Assembly: GCA_964016885.1 (NCBI GenBank)
Contig: OZ024741.1
Location: forward strand, 55,304,001 to 55,368,000
Source of the DNA: Eledone cirrhosa
Lineage: Eukaryota
Direction: 5' to 3'
Length of the DNA stretch: 64,000 bases
Shown: one piece after another, positions 49,001-59,839 of the stretch
Numbering within the stretch: the stretch's first letter is position 1
Layout: each line of letters starts with the position of its first letter
Program-made: the position numbers and the translations under genes
The notes under the pieces: generated by a model
Told to the model about the DNA's origin: nothing
Seen by the model: the letters and a program-made list of their open reading frames with translations, nothing else
The model's database searches: none

Positions 49001-49197
49001 TACATATATATATATGTAAGAATATTTTCGAAACAGCGAGCGAGCTTGAAATTATAAATGTAAGCTATCGCCGTATTTTGACTAAAGAAATTAAAGAAAC
49101 TTATTTAGCCTGACAGTGGGGTTAAGAACCCTGGGAGAAATGGAAAAAGATGAGTATTGACGTACATGTACGTCAATATATATATATATATATATAT

Positions 49198-49318
<121 letters not shown>

Positions 49319-49494
49319 ACTGAAAAAAAGGAAAAAACGAACACAGACATATATATATATATGTGTTCAAATCGTAATAGATAAAAATCGCTAAGGTGAA
49401 AAAAATACCAGCTACAGGCAATAGGGTTTGCTGGACTCAATTTAAGAACAAATTAAGAAAAATAAATAGAAACCAGTATTGTGGTAACTACCAT

Positions 49495-49575
49495 CACCCA
49501 GACGGTCTTTGATAGAACCGTTTCGCAATATTATTTGTGAAGAGAAATACCAAATTCCAGGCTCATCAATGGGTG
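49495..49575 (-). ncRNA. Type I hammerhead ribozyme (family A), inverted copy with C3-to-U core mutation, probably impaired
   Basis: Reverse complement of the 49759-49839 motif, but the core reads TTGATGA (plus-strand A at 49569). Confidence 0.75.
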
Positions 49576-49758
49576 TTGAATTTAGTATGCCCCTCACTTC
49601 TACTTCTAAATCAAATGTAGTGTAGACCCGGCTGCTATTTTTAGTGGCGTAAGTCTACGCGACACGCTAAGTTCGGAAACCATGTGCGTTATATATACAC
49701 ACACTTTCCAGTTTTCTATTTGATTTAGAAGTAGAAGTGAGGGGTATACTAATTTCAA

Positions 49759-49839
49759 CACCCACTGATGAGCCTGGAATTTGGTATTTCTCTTCACAAA
49801 TAATATTGCGAAACGGTTCTATCAAAGACCGTCTGGGTG
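49759..49839 (+). ncRNA. Type I hammerhead ribozyme (family A), intact core, GUC cleavage site at 49831-49833
   Basis: caccca-CTGATGA-gc(stem II)gc-GAAA-cggtt ctatcaaa gaccg-TC-tgggtg; stems I and III pair. Confidence 0.88.
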
Positions 49840-49968
49840 ATGGTAGTTACCACAATACTGGTTTGTATTTATTTTTCTTAATTTGTTCTTAAATTGAGTC
49901 CAGCAAACCCTATTGCCTGTAGCTGGTATTTTTTTCACCTTAGCGATTTTTTGTCCATTACGATTTGA

Positions 49969-50003
<35 letters not shown>

Positions 50004-50009
<6 letters not shown>

Positions 50010-50487
50010 ATTAAATAAATGGAAAACTATATTTATAAAACCATATTTATTTCATTATATATATTTCGGGGATATCATATTAACAATATGCTATGCCTTC
50101 ATCAGACAAAATACAATATAAACAGTTTTATAGATAAATATATTCGACATACCGTAATAAACATCAACTTCATTTGAAGAGGTTCACTCTAGCAGTGAAA
50201 ATACAGAGAGAAAGAAAGAGAGAGAGAAAAGAGGGAAATAGGAAAGAAAGAAAGACAAAACGAAGAAAAGGAAGAAAAAGAAGAAAAAGAAAAAGAAGAA
50301 ATGCATGGGACAAAATAGAGAGATGGAAAGATAGATAAAGCGAAGAGCTTCATGTAAAGAGACAGAAAGAGATATATATATATAGAGAGAGAGAGAGAGG
50401 AAGTAGAGATAGATACATATATAAATATAGATATAGAAAAATTAGGTAGTGGGAGGTCAATTTTGAGTAAGTGTATCAATGATGCAT

Positions 50488-50526
<39 letters not shown>

Positions 50527-51593
50527 GCTCAAGTATTAATGTAAGGGAGATATATAGAGAGATATAGAGAGATATAGAGAGAGAAAAAATTTAAAAATAG
50601 CCAGACATATTCGAGGCGTAGAAAACCCTATGTTTTAATGTATTAGTATTTATAAAACTTACACTATATTGTAAATATCAGTATTCCTGAATGAAACAAG
50701 TATTCACAATGCGTGAAAATTCATTATCTTATGTTTAGTTTTTTAAAAACTTCATATGTCTATGTGAATCCAACTGATTCACTCCGCAAATTCAAAGTTA
50801 CCGGAAAACATTCTCAATGTGGTATAAAAATTTGAGCGTATTATTATTCTTGCGATTACTCTACTAGATTATCTATCAAGCAGAAATAGAGAGCATATTT
50901 CAATATACTAATCGAAAATATATATTATATTATAAGCAGAGATAACAATAATAATGATAATAAGTAAAAATATATAAAAAAAAAATATATAAAAATATAG
51001 AATAGAAAACTAAAAAAGAATATTACGAAAGAATATTACATAATAAAAATATTGCATATTAAAAATACTACGTATTAAAAATATTCCGTATTAAAACTTT
51101 ACATATAAAAATATTAAAAATAAAAATTTACATATAAAAATATTAATAAAATAAAAATATTATAGAATACTACAATACTAAAAGAATAAAAATAAAAATA
51201 AAAATAAAAATAAAAATAAAAATAAAAATAAAAATAAAAATAAAAATAAAAATAAAGATAAAAATAAAAATAAAAAATAAAAATAAAAATAAAAATGAAA
51301 ATAAAAATAAACCACAAAGAACAACCCTTCAAAGTTAATTGACAATATATTGCCAAGTTCACTACAAGACAAAGCCAAAAATTATCTATCAAATCACATC
51401 TAGCAAGGAATATCGCAAAAAAAGATTATGATGTCCAATAATGTCTACATATGTTCCTATATTTAATATATAAGTTTATCAAGTGTAAGGTTAATTCAAA
51501 AAATTTGGAGCATCGGCTTTTAGGGTAGCTTAATTTTTCATGAGGAATGTTTAGATAAAAATAAAAATAAAAATAAAAATAAAAATAAAAATA
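50004..51593 (-). repeat. Left arm: 3' UTR/pLTR of the PLE, sense on the minus strand
   Basis: Reverse complement of 53168-54772. Mirrored spurious ORFs (50189..50479- vs 54297..54587+; 51114..51392- vs 53368..53658+) confirm it. Confidence 0.93.
50048..50113 (-). ncRNA. Hammerhead ribozyme in the PLE pLTR (family B), minimal palindromic stem III
   Basis: Reverse complement of the 54663-54728 motif with one stem II mismatch. Confidence 0.78.
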
Positions 51594-51707
51594 AAAATAA
51601 ATAAAATAAAATAAACAATAAAAAGAGTAAAAAGAGGGAATAAAAGATTTAGGAATCAAAAGATTTATCGGCTAGTTCTCATATAAATATAAATCAAACT
51701 AAATATA

Positions 51708-53160
51708 CTACATTTTAAATTTAGATTTATATTTAAACGTTGAGTTTAATCTATGTTTGCAACAACTGAATAAATTTGTCCGTAGGTTAAGGGAATTTTT
51801 AGATTTTAGTATAAAGAATATCTCCTCTGCGCAGAGGTCACATGTCTCAGAGGATGAATTAAAAGGAATCCCTCTTGAGACTATATTCCAAGCCGTCGAA
51901 TATCTAACGTTATCTAGCTTAAGTTGCCAGAGTACACCTGATAGTGCCGTTGAAGATTTTTTATTTGGATCTGTGAAAGAATTCTTGTGGTTATTATAGC
52001 GAAGTTTAAATTCCGTCGATGTGGAACCGACGTAGTTAAAAGAATTAGAGTCAGTATTAACATTACAATTGTATACTATATTTTTAACTAAGCAGTTGTT
52101 ATTTAACGGACATTTAGATCTATCTCTACAGTTACATTTGTTAACTTGTATATTATTTATGCTATTATCAGTAGGTTTTAAGTTCCTATTATTTATTCTA
52201 TTAATATTTTGTGCTAAATTTTTGGTGGATGAGTAGGTTAATTTAATTGTATGCCTATTGAAGATTGAGTGGTACCTGTGTGTTCTAGGGAAGCGATTAT
52301 CAAGAGCTTTGAAAAATAATTTAGCGATGTGGGTTTTAATGTTTAGTGAGAAAGGGGGGGGGGGGGGCAAACCAAATTATGTTCCTAGTTCTATTTCTTT
52401 TTTGTCCTTTGGAATTATTGTAATGCTTTCTATTATAGTTGTTAATGTTGTTGCCGTCAATAGAAAAGTTGTTACTTTGTTTAGTTTGTTTATCATTATC
52501 TATGTACACAATCTTATCAGCATACCCTGCCCTAGCTAGTGCATCATTATAGTATTGGGCCTTTTCGTCAAAAATCTTTCTATTCGACGAGATCCTAGAG
52601 ATACGTTTTTGGACTGAGTTTACTATAGTCTTTTTGACAGATCTGGGGTGGTTAGAGTTAAAGTTGACATAGTTTAAGTTTTCATTCAACTTGTGAAAAG
52701 GATAGTGGAGACATGTGTTGAGATTTAATGTTATATCTAGGAAATTGACTATTCTATGGTTGTTCTCAATTTCTATTTTAAGGTTAAAGTAATTAAAAAA
52801 TTTTGTAATTTGTTTACATTTTCTATTTAGTTCAGGATTATTATTATTAATAAGTAAAAGCATGTCATCCCTATATAAACCTCCGGTAGTACCAGGTATT
52901 TTCCTATGTAGCGAATTGATTAAAAATAAGCCCACAAGGTCAGTTACCTGAGCTGAGTCGGAAGATCCCATAGTTATGTCAAAATTGCTATCTCTATCTG
53001 CTCTAGTCCATAATTTGTCATCAAATTCTATCAAAGTTTTCCTAGCCGATAATATAATATGCATTTCTTTGCTAGTTAGGTCCGTATGTTTGAATGCGTA
53101 ATTTAGTGCCTTATTTAGTAGACTAGGGGTAATAGAAGAATAATAGTTAGCTATATCATA
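51708..53160 (-). pseudogene. PLE polyprotein: reverse transcriptase (from motif A on), thumb, Cys-rich linker and GIY-YIG endonuclease; N-terminus missing, frameshift in the C14 run at 52354-52367
   Basis: In frame upstream of ORF 52336..53064 reads YDIANYYSSI (RT motif A, from 53160), then ITMGSSDSAQVTDLVG, GLYRDD, NFLDITL and NSNHP. ORF 51708..52370 has CNCRDRSKCPLNNNC, NIVY...YVGST..FKLRYNNH, CDLCAEE and SLNLR (GIY-YIG motifs). Confidence 0.93.
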
Positions 53161-53167
53161 TATATAT

Positions 53168-54245
53168 ATTTTTATTTTTATTTTTATTTTTATTTTTATT
53201 TTTATCTAAACATTCCTCATGAAAAATTAAGCTACCCTAAAAGCCGATGCTCCAAATTTTTTGAATTAACCTTACACTTGATAAACTTATATGTTAAATA
53301 TAGGAACATATGTAGACATTATTGGACATCATAATCTTTTTTTGCGATATTCCTTGCTAGATGTGATTTGATAGATAATTTTTGGCTTTGTCTTGTAGTG
53401 AACTTGGCAATATATTGTCAATTAACTTTGAAGGGTTGTTCTTTGTGGTTTATTTTTATTTTCATTTTTATTTTTATTTTTATTTTTTATTTTTATTTTT
53501 ATTTTTATTTTTATTTTTATTTTTATTTTTATTTTTATTTTTATTTTTATTTTTATTTTTATTTTTATTTTTATTTTTATTTTTATTCTTTTAGTATTGT
53601 AGTATTCTATAATATTTTTATTTTATTAATATTTTTATATGTAAATTTTTATTTTTAATATTTTTATATGTAAAGTTTTAATACGTAATATTTTTAATAC
53701 GTAGTATTTTTAATATGCAATATTTTTATTATGTAATATTCTTTCGTAATATTCTTTTTTAGTTTTCTATTCTATATTTTTATATATTTTTTTTTTATAT
53801 ATTTTTACTTATTATCATTATTATTGTTATCTCTGCTTATAATATAATATATATTTTCGATTAGTATATTGAAATCTGCTCTCTATTTCTGCTTGATAGA
53901 TAATCTAGTAGAGTAATCGCAAGAATAATAATACGCTCAAATTTGTATACCACATTGAGAATGTTTTCCGGTAACTTTGAATTTGCGGAGTGAATCAGTT
54001 GGATTCACATAGACATATGAAGTTTTTAAAAAACTAAACATAAGATAATGAATTTTCACGCATTGTGAATACTTGTTTCATTCAGGAATACTGATATTTA
54101 CAATATAGTGTAAGTTTTATAAATACTAATACATTAAAACATAGGGTTTTCTACGCCTCGAATATGTCTGGCTATTTTTAAATTTCTTCTCTCTCTATAT
54201 CTCTCTATATCTCTCTATATATCTCCCTTACATTAATACTTGAGC

Positions 54246-54288
<43 letters not shown>

Positions 54289-54860
54289 ATGCATCATTGA
54301 TACACTTACTCAAAATTGACCTCCCACTACCTAATTTTTCTATATCTATATTTATATATGTATCTATCTCTACTTCCTCTCTCTCTCTATATATATATAT
54401 ATATATCTTTCTGTCTCTTTACATGAAGCTCTTCGCTTTATCTATCTTTCCATCTCTCTATTTTGTCCCATGCATTTCTTCTTTTTCTTTTTCTTCTTTT
54501 TCTTCCTTTTCTTCGTTTTGTCTTTCTTTCTTTCCTATTTCCCTCTTTTCTCTCTCTCTTTCTTTCTCTCTGTATTTTCACTGCTAGAGTGAACCTCTTC
54601 AAATGAAGTTGATGTTTATTACGGTATGTCGAATATATTTATCTATAAAACTGTTTATATTGTATTTTGTCTGATGAAGGCATAGCATATTGTTAATATG
54701 CTATCCCCGAAATATATATAATGAAATAAATATGGTTTTATAAATATAGTTTTCCATTTATTTAATATTGTAAATATACTCCAAGTATTTGTCGAGTGCT
54801 TTTATATCAGTTATAAATATTTACTAGTTGTAACCCAACAATTTTAAATATAACTTTACA
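53168..54860 (+). repeat. Right arm: inverted 3' UTR/pLTR of the PLE, with ~90 nt of extra 3' tail (54773-54860)
   Basis: Matches the left arm apart from a handful of substitutions and microsatellite lengths. The extra tail is homologous to 59470-59570(-). Confidence 0.93.
54663..54728 (+). ncRNA. Hammerhead ribozyme in the PLE pLTR (family B), minimal palindromic stem III
   Basis: tattttgt-CTGATGA-aggc atagcatatt gtt aatatgctat cccc-GAAA-tatata-TA-atgaaata; 8-bp stem I with two GU pairs and a 10-bp perfect helix in stem II. Confidence 0.82.
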
Positions 54861-54981
54861 TATATATATATATATATATGTCTGTGTTCGTTTTTTCCTT
54901 TTTGTTCAGAGCTAATTTACTGTAATGAGACTATTTTGAGTTTCTAACTCAATACAAGCTTTCCGAAATATCAACCATACG

Positions 54982-55121
<140 letters not shown>

Positions 55122-55167
55122 TTGCCAAAACATATATATCTGTGACTTTGTCTAGTTTGTGTATATG

Positions 55168-55206
<39 letters not shown>

Positions 55207-55335
55207 TTTCATTTATCGTTTTCGGTGCGCCCAGCCGACTAAACTCACTCGATATGCAAATTAGGCTGCTCAGCCGTTAATATGTATAAGGAAAGTATTT
55301 ACTTTCAGACGTTCAACCATCTGGCAGGAAGGTAT

Positions 55336-55378
55336 ACGATGCTGACGATAGCTAATAAGCTTGAAACTAGTACATCGT
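55336..55378 (+). ncRNA. Minimal type I hammerhead ribozyme (family C), GUA site, within a ~290-bp element (~55211-55500)
   Basis: acgatg-CTGACGA-tagct aata agctt-GAAA-ctag-TA-catcgt; stem I extended by gttcaac/gttgaac and caggaa/ttcctg. The first pair of stem II is a U-U mismatch. Confidence 0.8.
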
Positions 55379-55783
55379 TCCTGTGTCAGTGTTGAACAAA
55401 AGGTGACGTGGTTGCCTAAACACTGTACGGCGTAATTCGGGCTGTTTGTTTGTTTACAAACAAACAAACCGAGCATTATAATAAATGTTCGGTAAACCGA
55501 TACGTGCATATATATATGCGTGCATGTATGTATATATATACATACTACTGTACATCTGTAAACATATATGTATGTACGTATACATACATACATACATACA
55601 TACTTACATTTAAGTAACTGCCGTACTAAGAGTGAGAAATGAAATTTCGTTTCATTCTATTCCATATATATATATATAAAGATTTACATATACACAAACT
55701 AGACAAAGTCACAGATATATATGTTTCGGCAACCATTCACGATATGGCTCAATGATGAATTAATAAATTAAATAATCAGAGCA

Positions 55784-56593
55784 ATATACTATAAAGTATG
55801 TCCATAGAATCATTTTATAATATATATACACCATTTCCTCTCCCAATTAGTATAATTAACCACACAAAAAATCAATTCAACCAGGCTATAAGATCAAAAG
55901 GCACCTATGAAGAAATAGTAGATAAATAAACGACAGCAATCTATTCGCGACCAACCGCCATAGAATATTTACCCAACATTTCAATAGCACGTGGAGTGGG
56001 CTGGTTGCTAGAAAGCGCAGCCCAATATTGCCCAAATTGCATCTCGACCTTATGGGAGATTATTAAATATAAAGATTTACATATAGCAACCAGCCCACTC
56101 ACCGTAAGCAACCAATCACATTCTTTCTGACTTGACCACTGCCACGTCACAGTTCTTAGCCATTTTGAATTCGTTTCTGGCGGGGATCACTTAAGAAAAT
56201 TCTTTGTCCAAATGAGTTTGTTTCCTGATGAGTTCGAAGCTCGAGATTTTATCCTTAATAGGATATTTCCGAAAGCAAACGAAACCCTAAGGGTAGAAAC
56301 GTAAACCTGGTATGTGTATATGCATTTTTTCTTCTAACTTTAATTTTATACCTAATTGTGTATGGTTGACGGTATATTTAATCGATTTCCACGTGCTATT
56401 GAAATGTTGGGTAAATATTCTATAGCGGTTGGTCGCGAATAGATTGCTGTCGTTTATTTATCTACTATTTCTTCGTAGGTGCCTTTTAATATTATAGCCT
56501 GGTCTAATTGATTTTTTGTGTGGTTAATTATGCTAATTGGGAGAGGAAATGGTGTATATATTTATCAAATGATTCTATGGACATACTTTATAG

Positions 56594-56598
<5 letters not shown>
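55784..56598. mobile_element. Non-coding fold-back element, family D: ~210-bp inverted arms around a ~390-bp spacer that contains a hammerhead
   Basis: 55784-55995 is the reverse complement of 56388-56598 with modest divergence; the right end runs into (TA)n. Confidence 0.85.
56220..56300 (+). ncRNA. Type I hammerhead ribozyme (family D), long stem II, GUA site at 56293-56295
   Basis: gtttc-CTGATGA-gtt...tatcct taat aggata...aac-GAAA-ccc taa ggg-TA-gaaac. Confidence 0.82.
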
Positions 56599-56630
<32 letters not shown>

Positions 56631-57064
56631 TTATATATATTATTACACGCTTAAACCTACACACAAACAATTTCCTATATCAGTCATGTTGCTACAGTAA
56701 AAAGTTCACATTCCACACACAAGTTCCTGAGTTCTAACTCTACATTTGTCCCTGTAATTAGTTATTTCTCCAGTGTTACTCATACATCTAATCCCCCATG
56801 TCGTACATATATGCTGAATGTTTGTGCTCTTCAATCCTAGAAATAAATTATTAAAATATCTTTAATCGCCTCACACGTCATTAATCAACAGAAACAATTC
56901 TGTTATGCAAAACATAAATTTATCTAAACGCAAATTTCTAAGTTTGTATGCTTGTTCATCCCAGTAACCCTTGTATATATGGCATATCAAAACCGGACTA
57001 AGAATATTTTAAACATCCGATATTACTTTTGTAATTATTGAGGGCAGTGGTTCACTACTACAGA

Positions 57065-57480
57065 TTCTTCTTCTTCAATTTATTTTTGAGAGTGTCTTGG
57101 GGGCAGAGTCCTCAAACACCACTTCCAGTGGGTCCTGTCAGAACAAACAGTCTCCATGTTGATCCGGCTGGATCCGCAAGCGAGACCAGACAAGCTCATG
57201 GATGTTCTCCAACCATATTGCTCGGTGTCTACCCCTGGGTCTCCTGCTAGTTGATTTTACCCCAATAATCTGTCAAGCGATTCCTTCCTGAGACATTCTA
57301 ACCACATGCCCATAGTAGTATAGCTATGATCTCTCAATTCGGAGACTGAGGGACTCTACCTGGAGTGACTCTCTAATCTCCAAGCTACAAATCTGTCTAG
57401 CGATTCTTTCCTTAGACATTCTGATCATATGCCCATAATATCGAAGTTGTAATCTCTCAATTCAGAGAAGTAGCGGCTCT
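57065..57480 (-). mobile_element. Degenerate 3' end of an RTE-clade LINE with (GAA)n tail, plus an adjacent second diverged fragment
   Basis: Minus-strand translation SLEIRESLQVESLSLRIERS*LYYYGHVVRMSQEGIA*QIIGVKSTSRRPRGRHRAIWLENI matches the RTE C-terminal GHV.RM...RPRGRP..RW pattern. 57390-57480 gives EPLLL*IERLQLRYYGHMIRMSKERIARQI. Tail is ttcttcttcttc at 57065. Confidence 0.85.
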
Positions 57481-57778
57481 CTTATTAAATACAAAGTTTG
57501 AAATCGTTAGATGAGAATTTTATTAAGTGTTTCTCTCGTCTGCTAAACAAATGTGTTATTCGCCTTTTTTTTGTTTAATTCTTTCAGACTTAAAACCAAA
57601 GCACCGAATATTTTTGAGATGTGCATACTAAATATACTATATATGTCACTTAGATGAACTTGACGGCTCTAAACCTAATGATGGCTCTGGAACAGCTGAC
57701 CTATCATGACTCCAGTCTTATTGAGCAAGAAGTCTTAGATGAACAGAATTTACATTGCTTGTTATATACATGTAAATA

Positions 57779-57816
<38 letters not shown>

Positions 57817-58069
57817 AGGATAAAAAGGACGATTGATTATTCCTTCATTGCATTTATTGATAGGTGACGCGCGTTTCGCCACTGATCAGCTCAAGGTTCG
57901 ATCTATATCGATTCTACCCGACTCAATAATCCGCAGCTCGACGGACCTTCTTAAAATGCTATAAGAAAACGAAATACATGCGATGTGATAAAGTCAGATA
58001 TTCAAGAGTTTGACAAAATTAGTTGTTTTGATTGGTGGGAAGGATCAAGGCGATGTACTGGCCTGTAGT

Positions 58070-59340
58070 GTATATGGGGGTGGGTGTGATGGTGAGATGT
58101 TGGTGACGATGGGTGGATGAGATGGGCTGTGGTGTGGTGGTGGTTGGTTGGCCTTGGTGTGTAGAGTATGTAGGGGTAGATGTTATGATATGGTGGTGGT
58201 TATGGTTGCTTAGTGGGATGGGCTGTGGTATGAGGTTAGTGGATTGTCAGTAGACGGGTTGGGTGTGTGTGGGGGTGTTGTATTGGTGCCGCTGTCTATG
58301 GTAGTGGCGTTTGTGGTGGTGTGGCAGATGTATTGGTGGCGTCAAGGTCATTACCTAGATACATAGTTAGATGCTCATCGTCTGACAGATGCTTTGTATA
58401 TACGTATACGCACACACATATAGGTATATATGTGCACATATATTGTTGTATAAACACACCCACCACAAAACACATACTCGCATTCTTGCCCACACATATC
58501 GACACACGCTCACACACAGCCATATGTATATGTACACACATGTATGTGCGTGTGCGCATGCGGACACAAATATGGAGAGTGGGGGAGTATCGTTGGTTGT
58601 GGCGAACGACGGAGATGGGGGGAAGGTGAGAGGCAATGTAGAAGGTGTTTTACATATATACATACCCATACACACATATGGGTATGGGCACATGGACTCA
58701 CTCTCACGTATACAAAATATACACATACACACTCACACACACGTATACCCACGCACATATATACACATACATATATATACACACACATATATACATATAC
58801 ATATATATATATATATGTACATACATATACACACACACATGTACAGACAACACACAGATATACACGCACATATACACATACATGCACGCACATGAGCTCA
58901 CCTACACATATAGTCAGATTCACCCATATACATATATGTAGACGTGCACATATACACACACATACATATATACACACACACATACACATACGCATACACA
59001 TACACATATATATACATATACGTACCCACACATACACACATGTATACACCTGCGCTCACATACACACACACACATACAATAACTATGCGTACACGCACGC
59101 ACACTCATACGTCCGTATGTGTAAGAATACTTACACACCGACACACACGCTATTGTTGGTTGGGGAGTGGGGGTATGTGCTGTCGGTGTTGGGGAAGTAT
59201 GGAGTTGTGTCTTGTGGTGGTGGTGGTGGAGTTGTGAGGGACAAAAATATATATACAAGATCGAATACCGGTTAGAAGGTGTTTATGGACGTACGGCGAT
59301 GTGTGTTGTGGACATGGTGATGGTGGTGGTGCTGGGGTGA
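58070..59340. repeat. Degenerate low-complexity region: alternating G/T-rich blocks and (CA/TA)-rich blocks
   Basis: Direct reading; accounts for the many H/T/Y/I and C/V/M-rich spurious ORFs. Confidence 0.8.
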
Positions 59341-59381
59341 TATGTTCGACAAGATGATTACATGATCAGAGGTTACCCCCT

Positions 59382-59456
<75 letters not shown>

Positions 59457-59469
59457 TATATATAGATAT

Positions 59470-59690
59470 GTAGGATTTGTATTTAATTTGTTGGAATTCC
59501 GACAAACATAAATGTTTATAACTGATATAGAGCACTCAACAAATTACTGGAGTAAATATTCCAAGATGATAATAAATGGAAACTATATTTGCAAAACCAT
59601 ATTTATTTTATTATATATATTTCAAGGGCAACCAAGCAAATCTTGGTGCGCTTTCATCAGATAAAATACAAAATTTGTTTTATAAACAAT
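59470..59690 (-). mobile_element. Solo diverged PLE pLTR 3' end (family B relative) ending in (TA)n
   Basis: Reverse complement aligns by eye with 54640-54860 (e.g. gagtgctctatatcagttataaa vs gagtgcttttatatcagttataaa). Confidence 0.8.
59604..59668 (-). ncRNA. Hammerhead ribozyme (family B variant) with a re-written stem II
   Basis: tattttat-CTGATGA-aagcgc accaag atttg cttggt tgccctt-GAAA-tatata-TA-ataaaata; perfect 8-bp stem I. Confidence 0.82.
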
Positions 59691-59743
59691 GACATACCCA
59701 TGGAAATCACACCTTAACGGTCCGAAAATTCGATGGATAGTGG

Positions 59744-59779
<36 letters not shown>

Positions 59780-59839
59780 GTGTACATATTAAACGTAATG
59801 AGCTGTGTGGTTACTGTAAACAAAGTTTAAAATGGTAAT

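Larger units (their letters stand above)
49362..49973. mobile_element. Non-coding fold-back element, family A: two ~255-bp inverted arms, each with a hammerhead motif, ~100-bp spacer, (TA)n on both sides
   Basis: 49362-49616 is the near-perfect reverse complement of 49718-49973. Confidence 0.85.
50004..54860 (-). mobile_element. Penelope-like retroelement, 5'-truncated, with an inverted copy of its 3' UTR/pLTR at the truncated end; inserted in (TA)n
   Basis: RT and GIY-YIG coding region at 51708-53160(-), flanked by ~1.6-kb inverted arms that each carry a hammerhead. (TA)n at both outer junctions and at the 53160 truncation point. Confidence 0.92.

Noticed and set aside
49090-49150. Strong polypyrimidine-AG acceptor on the minus strand at ~49131
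   Set aside because: No convincing donor, an early stop follows, and the segment is better explained as part of a repeat 3' end.
50189-54587. Mirror-image short ORFs in the arms (MIHLLKID..., MIDNFWLC..., MALSCSEL...)
   Set aside because: Non-ATG starts and microsatellite-derived composition; they only reflect the inverted repeat.
50004-54772. DNA transposon with long terminal inverted repeats
   Set aside because: The enclosed ORF is RT plus GIY-YIG rather than a transposase, and the arms are the element's own HHR-bearing 3' UTR.
57654-57836. 60-aa ORF or possible terminal exon after tcacttag
   Set aside because: No recognisable homology, it runs into (TA)n, and the splice evidence is weak.
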